From Ylistrum balloti (taxonomy: Eukaryota), in NCBI RefSeq assembly GCF_031769215.1, contig NW_026782409.1, positions 1-64,000 of the forward strand: a stretch of DNA of 64,000 nucleotides. Direction: 5' to 3'. Below are positions 24,846 to 38,569 of this stretch, in pieces. Position 1 is the stretch's first letter. Each line of letters begins with the position of its first letter. Under the pieces are notes generated by a model. The model worked only from the letters and a program-made list of their open reading frames with translations. It was not told the DNA's origin and ran no database searches. A program made the translations under genes and the position numbers.

Positions 24846-26360
24846 ATGGGACCTGTTAATAGTACCAACAAAGTAACCAGCTTTAGTGTTAAAGATTTTA
24901 ATGTCCCACAGTCCATAGTCTTTAAGAATGTTAACACTTGCTCAGGGTCCCATGAAACATTGTTCCTGGGCAAAGCCGGTCGTAAATTGAAAACTCCTTT
25001 CATAAATCTCTTGATCAAGGGATGAGTGCCACATCCTTGGCTATTAATAACAACAAATGTGGACAACATTGACCTAGCGCTGTTAATGGCACTATAACCA
25101 AGTCCTTTGTGGTAAAGTGACGTTAAAAACCTCAAAATGTCTGATATCAGGTGACACGGCACAAATGTGTTCCGGACTCCGTAAAATGTTGAATACTGCT
25201 TGACTGTTGATGGTCGCCATGATGACAAGATGATCTGTTCAACATCTGGCGGAATTGACAACATTCGGAGGGATCTCCTGACACCCGACAAGCCATTAAT
25301 GTCATCTTTGGAAGGTTGTTCCTGTCCCTGGTTCCTCGGTGCGGATGACTGAGGATTCTGTACGGGTCGCCCACTAAGTGAAGCCTGCTCTGATCCACTG
25401 TAAAGATCAGGTGTCTCTGGCACTCTAAAACTAGATGTGTCAGCTGTTGATGATTTCTCACGGTACAATCGGGACCTAGCATTCCTGGATGGCTGTAACC
25501 CTGGTGTCTGATACAACACTTGGCCCGTGGTAGGGTTTGTCCTGTTAGGGGGACCGCGTCAGCTAGACTCGGCTGGGTGCTGCTGCCTGTACCATTCATG
25601 TTGGGTCTCGCGGCATGTTCCCCAGAGCTTTCAAATTCTGGCTGGAGTGGGAGGTCTGGCTATCATCCCCTCTAACCTACTAAGGCTGGCGTTAATCTGG
25701 CCCATCTGGCCTCGAAACAGCCGCAGTAACTCTCTGGAAGATTATGTATTCCACTCTGTTTGGTCTACATTCGGGCTTGGGGTACCCGAGGAGTCGTCAC
25801 TAGGCTGAGATGGCTTATCATCTTGTCGTGCCAGTAATGTGCTAGTTACTGCTGCCTTCGCAACTGGCATGGCCTGCTGAAGGTTATCACCCTCCACTGT
25901 ACTCCAGGCCGTCCTACTCTACTGGGTAAAGTCTGAGCAGGGGGATTCCGCAAGTGAAATACCTTTCACAGCTTCCATCAGCGCCGCCATTCTAGGATAT
26001 TTCAGTTCCTGGTCGTGGCTAGCCATCCCACCGCTGCCACCAAAAACGTGTAACGTGTAACGTGTGCAGGGTGTGCCCTAGTTGGTAGCGCTGGCAGAAC
26101 AGGCCCCGAAACACGCAACGTTTCCCCTACCAGCGGCGATCCGATAAGTTTGGAAAAGGCTATTGGCTGACAGTCACAGCCCGGAAAGTAGGATATCGAC
26201 TGTCTGGGTGCAGCCCCTCTCTAGATACTGGCAGGGTATGGCGGTCTAAGGCTCCAGCTTACAGCTGTGAAAAGTGAATCGGCCGATCCACGAACTATAC
26301 AGAGTAGCCGTGCTTAATTATGTAAGAGGTGCATACGCTTATAATTCTGAAATAACTACT
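24846..26360 (-). mobile_element. DIRS1-type retrotransposon fragment (leader, partial gag, end of pol, YR N-terminus)
   Basis: IILSSWRPSTVKQY..GLGYSAINSARSMLS..HPLIKRFMKGVFNLRPALPR..WDPEQVL..LTLKLVTLLVLLTG; overlapping frame ends KMTLMACRVSG. The high-coordinate boundary is approximate. Confidence 0.82.
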
Positions 26361-26787
26361 CCTAAATTATACCTAAAGGTTATCCAGTAATTAACAATTA
26401 ACTATCTAAATGACCAACATAACAAGGGAAATAACTCTTACATATTATTAAAACAAGGTGCACAGAGGCATAACGTTACAATATGTTGGGGTGATATGGG
26501 TTGGGGCGAAATGTCGCACACCCGTATATATTGCAGCGTCGTTTTCATATTTTATGGTGTACCATGCAGGTAACCTGAAAGGAAAGTATGTAAAAAGTGG
26601 GAAATGGTGACTTTTGACCTCTGACCTTTGACCTACATATCAGCAACAAGTAAATTGTCTGTTTGGAATCTGTCGAGTATGGAGAGCACCAGATTAAAAT
26701 ATTAAGTTCTGCTGTTAATATGTACACATTTTAATAACATATTTTAATAACATTTGACCTTGACAATCAAGATTATAAGACTTTTTT

Positions 26788-26895
26788 CTATATGGGTATG
26801 TAGAATAGGAATATTCCACCCGAGGCTTGCCGAGGGTTTTTACCACATTTTGTGATCCCGAGGGTGGAATATCCCTATCCTACATACCCATATAG
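26788..26895. repeat. 34-bp inverted repeat, MITE-like
   Basis: CTATATGGGTATGTAGAATAGGAATATTCCACCC / GGGTGGAATATCCCTATCCTACATACCCATATAG, 2 mismatches. Confidence 0.8.
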
Positions 26896-27304
26896 CAAAG
26901 AGTTTTTTTCTCTTATTTCTGATCTCATATCAAATATTTGCACTCACCTCGCGGTAGCCAGCACTGGACGCCGCCATTTTTCAGAATTCTATTTTTTTTT
27001 CTTGTGCCATATACATAAAAAAAATGATGAAATAGATTCTCCATCCCCGAATTTTGCAAACTACGTTTGCAGGCGAAAACATATTATGGACTGTGAATGC
27101 CAACGTCAGTGTTTCACTGTTTTTTCTTCAAGCGGGCTGGGTCAAATACCCTGTCAAATATGTCACCCAGAGACATGCATAGGCATTCAAATATAGTGCC
27201 TTAAAACACGCAATAAAACAACACTTTTAATATCTACTATTGCTCAATGTATAATATATCATAAACACATTTAACGTCTTTGAACATGTTGGTCAAGTTA
27301 TTAA

Positions 27305-27479
27305 TGTTAATGCACTTATAACACTGTGACAAGCACACTCCTTTTGTCCACCATTTTATTCACACACTACTCTCGACAAAGTTATCTTCAAAAGAGTAAG
27401 AGTGAATGTACAGGGGAGGTAATAACTGAATTGAGCATGGTAAGGATTATCTCCCTTATCTCATTATAGTCTATTAACA
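27305..27479 (-). repeat. Copia 3' LTR
   Basis: TGTT...AACA; about 95% identical to 38375-38549. The PPT is poorly defined. Confidence 0.85.
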
Positions 27480-27829
27480 TTAATTACAATCTATCTTTTT
27501 AGTGACAGAAATTATTCTTAAAACGTTGATGATTGAAGAAAACATATGTTAAAGTGTAGCTTTAGTGCATGTGCTCGGTCTAAAAATAAAAAGGTTTTGT
27601 CATGAGAAAATGAAATTTACAGAGAAATTCGGGAAAAAAAGTGAATAACGAAGTTATCGCTGATTTTTTGAAAATCACACCTGAATGCAAACCGACAAAT
27701 TCCGATTTTATTTCTTGGACCGGAAGTGACGTAAGAACGGTGACCCGCCAGAGACAGTGGACATATTGAAGCGATATTTTATAGCGACATGATGAAGATA
27801 ATTACCAAAGAAAACACCGGGATCACGTT

Positions 27830-30800
27830 ATGGTTGACGTTGCGTGGCAGGCGGATGTTCGAACACTAACGCTAATGGTGTTTCTCTGCATAATTTCCCG
27901 ACAAAGAGGCCTGATATCCATCGTCAATGGGTGGCATTTGTCAGAAGAAAACGGAAAGACTGGGAGCCTACTCGACACTTCGTGTTGTGCAGCGCTCATT
28001 TCCAAGAGGATTGTTATCCCCTGAAATTCCGTTTGGGACTGCTTGAGTCAAGTGGGAAAACAAGAAAACGCTGAACGAAAATGCAGTGACCACTATATAC
28101 CCTACATGTTTGACAGCAACTACGCCACAACCTGGTAAACGAGGATCTTTTGTTGATGATGTTACAACACCCAAATCTTCTGCCAAAAGGCCAAGGTCAG
28201 CATTCGTCAAACATGACATCCAACGAGTGAGTATTGTTGTGTGTTTACTTATTCTAACTGATATTACGTGTTGAAATTTCTATTCAAGAAAGAAAATTCC
28301 CTGTTGTGATTAGTAATTTAGTACTAAAATTATTTTTACTATAATAGATGATGATAGAATATGATGAAGCTGAGAATGAATCAGAAGATATAAATCAAGA
28401 AGGAGGATCAGACAAGGAATCAAGCATGGAGGTAAGATTTAATTTATTAGCTTAATAAAAGATAATATGTAATATGAATTTATCACATTTAATCCATAAT
28501 TATATTTGCCGTAACAAATGATAGATAACAGTAACTATTCTTTTAATTTCAATTATCTGAATATTGTTTTAGTGCATTGTCATATCATTATGACAGCAAT
28601 TATTTTTGGAAAAAAATACAGGTTTTGTTTTACTTTTTTGTCGCATTTAGATATATTCACTTGTTATGCATATATGTTATATGTTATTGATTTTTTCAGG
28701 TAACTGTCACATGCGAGGGGCCTAAAAAAAGTCAGTTGCTTCCCAGAAGAGTTTATCTCGACCGTCGCAAAGGTCTCATTATACACAGACAAAATTTAAA
28801 GGAAAGAATAAAGGTAATTGTATGATATTCATTTTCCTTTGACTGGATATTAACTGGATTAGGAGAACTTGTTATAAAATTTTCAATTTTTCCATTAAGT
28901 GAAATTAGTGTACATACCGTTCCAAAAGTTTCATCTGTATCATGCTACATGCAGTAATACAAGTGTAAATTTTATTTGTTTCAATTTGAAGAATGTCAGG
29001 TAAGCGGACCAAAAACTAGGGATATTGGTATCATGTGTGACAACATCCCCAGCCCACAACTACAGGGACAGCCTGTTACCACAGTACCCCTGCCTGACCC
29101 AAGTCCAGCCAGCAGTGATCCAGGATCAATTTTTTCTGAGAATTCTTGTAGTGACAAGGATTATGAAATAGAAAGTGACATGTCAGATGACAGTGAAGGG
29201 GAGGATGACAGGTATTCAATATATAATGCAACTTTTGTTATGTAATAGAGATGATGGTATATAATTTCATAAGTAAATGATCATGACCAGTCTTGCAATG
29301 ATTATTGACAGGACAAAATGGCAAGTGAAATCAAAATATGTCCCAAATTTTTTTTATTTGAATAGGTTTTTTTGGTTTCAAGGAATATTTGAAATCCTAT
29401 AATACACTTACGCATACGTATGGGATTATGAAAATGAAATAACAGATACTTTATTGAATGAGTGGTGAATCAATTTATAATCTATATTTCTTTTTTCAGA
29501 CCTGAAATTAATCGAAGATTTCTTGTTGAGGAAGGGAAGCTCATGAAACTTTTCCACAAGTGTCCTCAATGTGCACAAGTAACCTGTGGACAAGTAGGAC
29601 ACATACGGGGGTCGTACATCAGTATTGAACAAGACTGGATTTTGTCAATATCACCGTGTGTGGACGAGCCAAAGTATGATTGGATCTGTACCGTCAGGGA
29701 ATCTTGCCATCTCGTGTGCATTTCTGTATTCTGGATTACTTCCCACAAAAGTTCTAAGGTTTTTGGACTTCCTCAAAATGCCCAGTATATCATACAGTAC
29801 ATTCATGTCACACCAAAGATAACATCTCCAACCAGTAATTTTGAACATTTGGACAAGTCACCAGGATTTCTTTTTTGAGGAAAAAAGAACTGCTGGAAAG
29901 CCTGTATGTATAGGAGGAGAGATGGTCGAGCAGATACTCCTGGCCATTCTGCCAAGTATGGAAGCTACACAGTTATGGACTTAGACTATGGAAAGGTCAT
30001 CGGTGTCCAACTTGTTCAGGTATGAGACTTAAAAATGCATGCTCCACCTAATTGTGTAATGAAAAATAGCAACTTGATTTATAGTAGATATACAGGTTTA
30101 ATTCCATTGACCCAAGAATAAATTATGGTTATTTGGTCGTATGAAATGACATTTTGATGCCTGTGGTCATTTTGTCCCAGAAAGTAGGAGTATACAGCAT
30201 GAATATTAATTGTATCCCTTTCATTCTTCCAGTATTATTTTATTTTTAATTGAATTTAATGTTATTGTTAACAACAGAGCAATGAAGTAAAGAGCTCCTG
30301 TCATATGGAGAAAGAGGGACTTATAAGGGCCATCCAGAAACTTCATCAGGAGCAGATCGATATTCAGACCATCATTACAGACAGGCATGTCCAGATAAAA
30401 AAATGGATCCGGGAGACAATGACAAGCACACGACATTGCTTCGATATTTGGCATGTAGCAAAAGGTAACACACAAAGAATTACAAACCATCTTTAAGGCA
30501 AATGTGAAGATTTATATTTTATTGATTCAAACTGTAGTTTCCACTTGTAACTTAACAGTTCCATAACTTCCTTAAAAACGTTTTTTTTTAAAGTGAAGTG
30601 GATTAAATCCCATATCTATGACTTATACTCGGACGTTAACAGAACAAACTCAATGTGTACAAAATAATTATGGTAATCCTTGCAGTACTTTCCAGCCATA
30701 AGTAGTTGAATTATGTATTGATTATGGCCAAACATTTTTTTGTTTGCTTTATAAATCTATAAATTTTGCAGGTTTAAAGAAGAAATTGGTTGCTCTTTCA

Positions 30801-32288
30801 AAGGAGAAGGAGTGCGACAACCTGCAGAGATGGATAAAAAGCATCACCAACCATCTTTACTGGGTTGCATCATCAACACCGGATGGCAATGGGGATATGA
30901 TGTTGCAGAAATGGGAAAGCATTGTGAACCATATCAAGAATATTCATCATGGACATGGAACCCTTTTCCCAGTCTGCACTCATGAACCTCTTGATCCCTC
31001 TTACAGTAAGAAAAAATGGCTCAAACCAGGTACATGTTTTGTATACAAACTGGGACCTGGAGGCAGACATTCAATTTTGTACTGTTATAAGTTAAAATTA
31101 CGGAGGGGAATTAATTTTCACTTTTCAGTGGGGCATTGGCCCAACCATGCTGGGTTTGTCTATAATTTGCATGACTACTAAACATTACAGTACTGGTTGG
31201 CAAAATATAACTTTATTATAATCTTTAGGAGATAGATTGTGGTACGCAATTGGAGGTGGATTAATAAAATAATGCAAGTATTATTTTTTAAGATTTTTGT
31301 TTATTCCAAGCACGAAGGTTTGTGGAAAATTAGAGATGATTCTCACTTCTACATATATGAAGAGAGACATCCCTATGCTATCCACTGGTCAGCAGACTTC
31401 ATGCCTGGAGGCGTATCACTCTGTGATAAATCATTTTGCGCCCAAAATAATTGGCTTGTCCTACCATGGAATGCAGAGTCGGTAAGTTTCTTGTATCATG
31501 TACACATAACATAAATAAATAAAAACAAAAACCTCTGAAAGGCTTGCTTGAGATGAACTGCTAAATTTATATGGCCTCGGCATATTTTCATAGACATAGC
31601 TAACATTCAAGGTCACATTGGTAGACCAGAAAATTGTCCAACATTCATAGTCACATTGAGTAATTAATTGCTTTCAAGGTCATGTTGACTTGCGTTGGAG
31701 ATCACATTCACCAGAAATGATTTGAAGAGGCAAATTTCCACCTTGTAAGTCAATTTGGAAACATCTTATTGCATCACATTGACTGGTTAGGCTATTTTTT
31801 CTTCTAAATCTTGTATTTGTATGTATTTTTACAGTTTGTTACTGGCAGCCTTGCACTTTAATGAGAATGTGGGAAGGGCACAGGCCTTATTTCCTAATGG
31901 TGACAAACGATTTAGCATCATATTCCCCAAACAGAAAAATGGTGATTTCACAGTGAGACAAGTGAAGACGCAATGTACCTTCAGTAAGTTGCGACAACAT
32001 TTATGCCTATTACTAGTTTAGTTGTTGTGTAATTATTTTAATACATTTGATATTCCAGTGTATGTACCAAAAGTGATATTGTGTTTTTGCAACTTCTTGA
32101 AAATAATCAAGCAACATTGTGTCACTGTGAACCTGAATTGCATTACTACTTTATTTGCAGACTATGTGGAAGATTTGATTAGTGCTACCATTGCACATGT
32201 TCAGTGTGTCCAGATGCCATACTGCAAGATCAATGGAGAGGCACCACCACCTCTATGTCAGAATTTTGTACATCCGGAGAAGTCGTAA
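27830..32288 (+). pseudogene. Kolobok THAP-DDE transposase, multi-exon
   Basis: THAP (CVAGGC..W..LCSAHF..NAVTTIYP, frameshifted); DGRADTPGHSAKYGSY; ITDRH; FDIWHVAK; TSCLEAYHS; LAALHFNEN. Confidence 0.9.
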
Positions 32289-32529
32289 GCTGTAACTGAA
32301 CTACTGTCTCGTTTTTGTCACCATTGAAGAAATTGGACTCTGATACAAACACAATCATTCCCTTCATGCAGGCAGCAATATAAAAACTAACAACAACAAT
32401 GAACTGATAGAACATTTTTATTACTCTCAATAAGACTCAACTTCTGTGATGCATGCTCATTAAATCCACAACAGTATTGTTGAGAAAGCAGTTTGTATTT
32501 CTTTTATCATTTATTCAAAATGAAATCCA

Positions 32530-33750
32530 TTATATTGTCCATCAGGTGCAGGGAAAGTGTTTCTAATTGAAGACACGGCACAAGCTGGAAGTGTCACACG
32601 CACATGTCGACCAAGCCAACCCCAGCACCATCTCACAAATTGTCTGTAGGCAATGTATCTATTTTTCCTGGAAAAAATAAAATCATAAATAAAATAGTAA
32701 GTGCATAATTCTCTAGTTGAATTTCAATGGTGCATAGATGAACCTACTTGAAACTGGAATAGAATTTTAAAATATATTGTAAATATTTGAGGATCCATTT
32801 ACAAATTGATATTATATCCTACATAAATCATGTTGATAACTTCAATAAAAATTAGTGTGAACATACATCATATTACTAGAAGGAATTATGAAATTAATTG
32901 CACTTAAAAACACATACTTGTTCTGATTATCTGGCAATGGACCATGATACTGGCGAAAAGTCAGGTATGCTGTCTCAAGGACATATACGTTTAAACAAAT
33001 GACTTCAAAGCCAGGATGATCTGTGATGCATGCCAATCTGTTGGGGTGTTTGCTCATCAAGGTCTGGACCTCCTCTATCTCCTGACAACAAATACTTTCT
33101 GTCTCGGTGGACATTTTCTGGCAATGTCCACATCTACACCTGAAATATGAGAATGGATGAATTTGATAAACTATCTAGTAAAATCTGAAGCCTATCACAT
33201 CATGGTGTTTTCACAGCTTAGCCCTTGTGAATCTACTAATAACATTCTGCTCTACCATAAAAAATGAAGAAAATTTTAATAAGATAATTATTCACTGACA
33301 GACATTTTGTCGTGAAGACTTTCCAAATTAAAGAACAGAAAAATCGAAGAAAATTCCATCATACAATTATTAATTTGCGGTATTAAGGCGGTTGGTAAGA
33401 TTAGAAAAACATCATTAAAATTAGTAATATTTTATGAAGAGAGTCATGAATAAATCTCCATAGTTCTGAAGAGTTTGTCGAATGATGGATTCATTAAATG
33501 GTTTTAACCCGATAATAGAAACTTACCATTTGTTGCCTCCAAGCCGTAATGTCAGAACATCGGGGTCGGCCTCCGAATTCTCATCAGAGCTGGAATCTGT
33601 CTCTGGCTCAAACATATGTGGTTGTGTTGCACCACTATATGCTGTTTCATCTATCTCCAACCCAGATGATCCATCGGACATCAGTAAATCGACGGAATCG
33701 TCATCGCTAACGGAACGGAGAGAGGAGCTATCTTCAATATTCACCATCTT
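32530..33750 (-). pseudogene. Kolobok second gene (KolX, P2X7 C-terminal-like Cys-rich protein)
   Basis: FEPE acidic exon, then CRCGHCQKMSTETESICCQE..CITDHPGFEVICLN..LETAY, then YRQFVRWCWGWLGRHVRVTLPACAVSSIRNTFP. Confidence 0.85.
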
Positions 33751-34138
33751 GTATAATTTGTGTGTTCCATTTGTGACGTCATCAATAGATGAGCACAACT
33801 TTTCTTAACGCGCGGCAATGCTTGATTAAGATTTCGGCGTACAGGTAAAAAGCTCTATTTTAACCCACCATAACATCGTAACCACACGACCGATTTCCAA
33901 GCAATTTTCGATAAAATGATCATTCAGACACGGGTTTTGTTCTGCTTACAAAAAAAAATTACACTAAAGTTACACTTTAAAAAAAAAAACACAAAAAAAA
34001 ATTAACTTGACAGTTCCATTATTAAAAGTTCAATTGGTATGAACAATGTATACAGATATATATTCATAAAGTGACCATCATTGGGTTAGACTATCCTCCA
34101 GTCACAGGGATTATTATGCCCCTCTCAAGCACAGCACA

Positions 34139-37100
34139 CTAAACAAATTCCTCTGGCAGTTTTCCTCTTTGAAGCACGTCCAACAGTTCAATTCCTGAGG
34201 CTCTTCGCTTTGTCAAAGAATTGGCTAGCTGTATCCTTCCAGGACACCATTTGACTTCAACACAGTTATCAAGTTTCATTTCCAGGATAGCAGCAATATC
34301 TATTCTTAGTCGTTTGGCATCTACAAGTTTTGTAGACTGTAAAGCTTCAATCACGCTTTTGTTGTCTATGAAGGCTGTAATAGTTATGTTGTGCTCCTCA
34401 ATCCCACAAATGTTTTCTACTACTTTTCCGAAGTACACCGCCGATTCAAGTCCTTCCTCCAAACTCAACGCTTCAGCAGCTATAGTAGATCGCACTACTC
34501 TCTTGATTTTGTTAGATTTCCAGTATATTGGACAGCAGTTTCCAAGCCGATCTTTAATCCACAGAATGTGCGCTCCAGTACTACCTTTGCCATTGTTGAT
34601 GTTCCCTAATGCAGCATCGGTGAAAATTTCCCAGTCCTATATCAGATGTCCTTGTAGGGGTGGGTACAACTGAATAGGTCTTATATCCTTCAACTTCCCT
34701 ATGGCTTTGATTGCTCTCAACAAATCACTAACCAATGCTTTGGAAAGTTTAGTACTTTGATCAACTAGTTCAAACGCCATATCCGGTCGTGATCCTTGCA
34801 CTGCCCAGTTCAACTGACCGACTAACTTACGAAATTGAGATTGCTCACTGTCAGTAAGCTGACATTGTTTTTGAGATGCACGACCAGGGTCAGTATGCGA
34901 GTGATCCAGTTTATCCACATACTCTGAGTGATCAAGCATGATTCCATCTTTGTTTTGCTTAATATGGAAACCTATGTACCTGAAACTCCCTTCCTCTACT
35001 CTCCCTGCTAGAAATCGCTCCCTAAGCCTGTGTATCATTTCCTCCAATGCCTCATCACCAGCGTGAAGAAAGTCATCAACATGACAACATATTCCAACAA
35101 GGATTCCATCTTTCATCAAAGTGAAAACTGCAGGGTCAAGTTTCAACTGTTTGAAACCTAGTTTTGTAAGTTCATCTTTCACACTCAAAAAGAACTGTCT
35201 TGCACCATCTTTCAGCCCATATAGGCCATGTTTGAGCTTCCAAAGATAGCCTTCATGTGTATCACTTTCTATAGGTGGTTTTATATACACATCACGATCT
35301 AATTCTTTTCCTTGTAGAAATGCTGATTTGATGTCTGTGGTTTTGACATTCCAGTTTCTGCTAGATGCTACTGTAAGGAAAATTCTCATAACCCCTTTTC
35401 CAACAGTGGGGCTATCCTTCGGTATAAATGAATGTTCTTCAAACCCTCTACACTGTCTTTACTTGTAATCATCGACCTTGTAGAAATTTTGTTTTGTCCA
35501 TTATCTTCCACTTCATATGTATCAAACTGACGCAGTTTCTGTAATTCTCCTTGTTTTGCTATCTCACTATCAGGACTACAGTCATCAGTTGTAGCATTTA
35601 CTTCCACTTGACCTTTGTTCAAAGTTTTCCATTCTACATGGCCTAAATCAACACTTTTCATTTCATTACTGACATCATCTTTTACATTATACCAATTTTT
35701 GTTCCTTCCTGTAGTCTTGCCTGCTCTGCTCACTACTGTAGCATTTGTCCATTTTTCAAATTCTGGTAACTTGTATTAAATATGCTGATTCACCTTGATA
35801 TGCCCTTCATTCTGGGGGAAGGTTATTTCAATGTCACCATTCTTCTCACAGTTTTCTGACGTGCCTTGACCAGTAATTGTTTCTGAAATATCCGGTGCAG
35901 ACTTGGGAGTGTCGTTCTGACTGACAGGATCATTATTTTCCTTTGTGATATGTTATCCATGTGTATTGTTATCTTTGATAGATCCAGTGACTTTACACAA
36001 TCTGTTTGGTGACACCCTGACAAATACGCTGTCATGCCTCACAAACACCACATCCTGAAATACCACTTTTCCAGGACCAAGCCAACGATCCTTTCCTTCC
36101 CTCTTATAGAAAACTCCATCACCATTCTCATACAACTGTTCAGCTGCTCTCACCTTTGATCGTAATGCCCGCCTTATCCTTTCATCAGCCTCTGTTTGTA
36201 TGTATGCCTTTCATGTCTGAAGTAAAGCATTCCAAAGCCGGTGGTTCAGCTTGCAATTACGTTGGGTAGATTAGGATTCTTTCCAAATACTAGCTGATGA
36301 CTGCTGAATCCATTCCACATTTGTAAGGAGTTCTTTGCTTTGCCCAAGACAATAGTGTTTCAGGTTCTACTTTGGGGTTTTCTGCATCTAGTTTCACTAA
36401 CATCATATCAGTGACAGCATGTACACGTTCACAAAGGCCATTCTGGAATGGGCTCATTCCTGATGTGGTACACACCCGTACATTCAAGATTGATGTGACT
36501 TTACGTATTTCATCTGAGTTGAACTCTCCTCCATTATCAGTCATCAGTGCCCCCATGACTCCAAAGACCCCCACCCAGTTCTTCATCAAGGCATCAATCA
36601 CATTGCAAGGTTTCTTGTGAGTGATGGAAACAGACACTGTGTATCTTGACCACATGTCAATTATATGGAGTATCCATTGGTCTTTGTAGTGTTTGAGATC
36701 CATTGCCACCTTTTCATTGAATTCTCGAGCCATTGGTAATGCTTCAACTGGTCGCGGTGGAGTCTTGGCATAAATCTTACAGAGTTCACATTCTGTTTCA
36801 ATCTGAGATAGGTCGTCATCATAGTCTTCTTTTCATGCCCTAGCATCTTTTAATAATGCCACAAGCCTTTTCTTAAGGGGGATGTGCAAACTGTCTGTGA
36901 AGTTTTAACAAATTAGCCTTGCGTTTTTTAGGTCCAAGTACATCAACTTTCACAACATTTACATCCTCAACAGGAAGTGTTTCTGTTTTGTCAATAGGGA
37001 TGCAGTAATGGCCAGATGATGTAAGATTCAGGTTTACTTCTTTCCCCATAATCACAGCTGTGTCATTTTCCAAATCCATTTTTACCCCTGCCTTTTTCAT

Positions 37101-38260
37101 TGCTGACCTGGACAGCAACAGAGGAATGTCAGAGTCCACCACATCTGTTCTAACGGTCACATGTTTACCAACATGCACACAGGAATATCAAATTCGCCAT
37201 CTGATTTTAGTCTTGTTCCTCCACCAAATTTGAATACTCTGTGTCCCTCCTTACTAGTTACTCTACCAAGGTCACCCCTGTTAAGGGAATCCAGGTAAGT
37301 TTGTAACCATGTCTTCCCACACACTGTACTATTACATGCACTGTCTAACACTGCACAGTTACGAGCATCAGCACCAAGTTGTATTATGTCCTCCTTATGG
37401 TAGCCAGTGAACAGTACAGCATGCTCCTCTTCTTCAGCTATGTTTACTTTCGCCATGTTTTCCCAGCTGTCTGGACACTTTGCGACAAGATGCCTATATG
37501 ATCCACACGACCTACATATAAGAACTTTTCCGTCGGGCCCTGTTGGGTTCATATTCTTTACCCCACGTTGAGATGATGTAAAACCTGAACCTCTCCCTCT
37601 GTTTGGACGTCCACCCCTTCCGTTTCTAAAGTTCCCATGCTTCACATAACCCGCTGCCAGTAATGCTTCTTCATGGTCAGCCAAATAAGCTGGTTCAAGT
37701 TTAATGCTTGGTGTGTCACTCTTTGAAGAATTACTTTTTCAATGACCTTTTGGCTTTCTCATACAGGGTGTCACGGTTTTCATAATTCATACCAGTCAAA
37801 ACAAGCATTTTTTCTTCTTTGGTAATGTTTGCTTTCCTCAGTAATTTGAATACCACTATTTCTGATGGTAATTTCATGTTCTTCTTTTCGATTCTCCTGT
37901 ACTTGCAGTCAAAATTTGCTATAAAGTCATTAATAGACTGACCTACAGCTCTGGCAAGATCTTCAAAATCTTCAAATTTTTTCAAACTGTCAGCAAGATC
38001 ATCCTTGGCTAGATGTTTATCAAGGAAATCTACTAAAGTTTTAAAACCTGTCTTTTTCTTCAAATTATCAAGAGTTATTTGATCAAACTTTTTCACGGAT
38101 TCTATGTTCATCATCTTCTGGCAGAGTCAAAGCAATAGCCACACCTCTCTTAGCTTAGGCTAGTTCTGTTATTTCATTCCAAGCTAATAGTTCCTATTTG
38201 AAAGGTTCATAGGATTTACCTTTGTGGAAGGTAGGTGGATTCACCTTTGTTGCCATAATG
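34139..38260 (-). pseudogene. Copia gag-pol, frameshifted
   Basis: ORF fragments 37731-38114, 37157-37684, 36873-37178, 36290-36733, 34637-35389 and 34139-34495 carry the canonical motifs. Confidence 0.92.
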
Positions 38261-38374
38261 TCTCCTTTCACTGAAATTCACTGTACAAGCAAAAAAAAAC
38301 CTGCTGGAATTGTTCACTGTAATGTTAACACAAAGTCTCCTCCAAACAATTGTCACAGTACGCTCTGCTACCAC

Positions 38375-38549
38375 TGTTAATGCACTTACAACATTGTGAC
38401 AAGCACACTCCTTTTGTCCACCATTTTATTCACACACTTCTCTCGACAAAGTTATCTTCAAAAGAGTAAGAGTGAATGTACAGGGGAGGTAATAACTGAA
38501 TTGAACATGGTAAAGATTATCTTCCTTATCTCATTATAGTAGATTAACA
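38375..38549 (-). repeat. Copia 5' LTR
   Basis: TGTT...AACA, followed after 1 nt by the PBS on the minus strand. Confidence 0.92.
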
Positions 38550-38569
38550 ATTAATACTTATTTACTGTC

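Larger units (their letters stand above)
27553..33976 (+). mobile_element. Kolobok DNA transposon, complete (6424 bp)
   Basis: TTAA TSDs at 27549-27552 and 33977-33980; 15-bp TIR AGTGTAGCTTTAGTG / CACTAAAGTTACACT; two convergent genes. Confidence 0.9.
27305..38549 (-). mobile_element. Copia LTR retrotransposon (GalEa clade), decayed, containing a Kolobok insertion
   Basis: 175-bp LTRs at 38375-38549 and 27305-27479 (8 differences); ATTAA flanks both outer ends (27300-27304, 38550-38554); PBS TGGTAGCAGAGCG 38361-38373. Order gag - protease (LDSAC) - integrase (MTDNGGEF..NGLCER) - RT (DIKSAFLQG, HVDDF) - RNase H. Confidence 0.88.
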
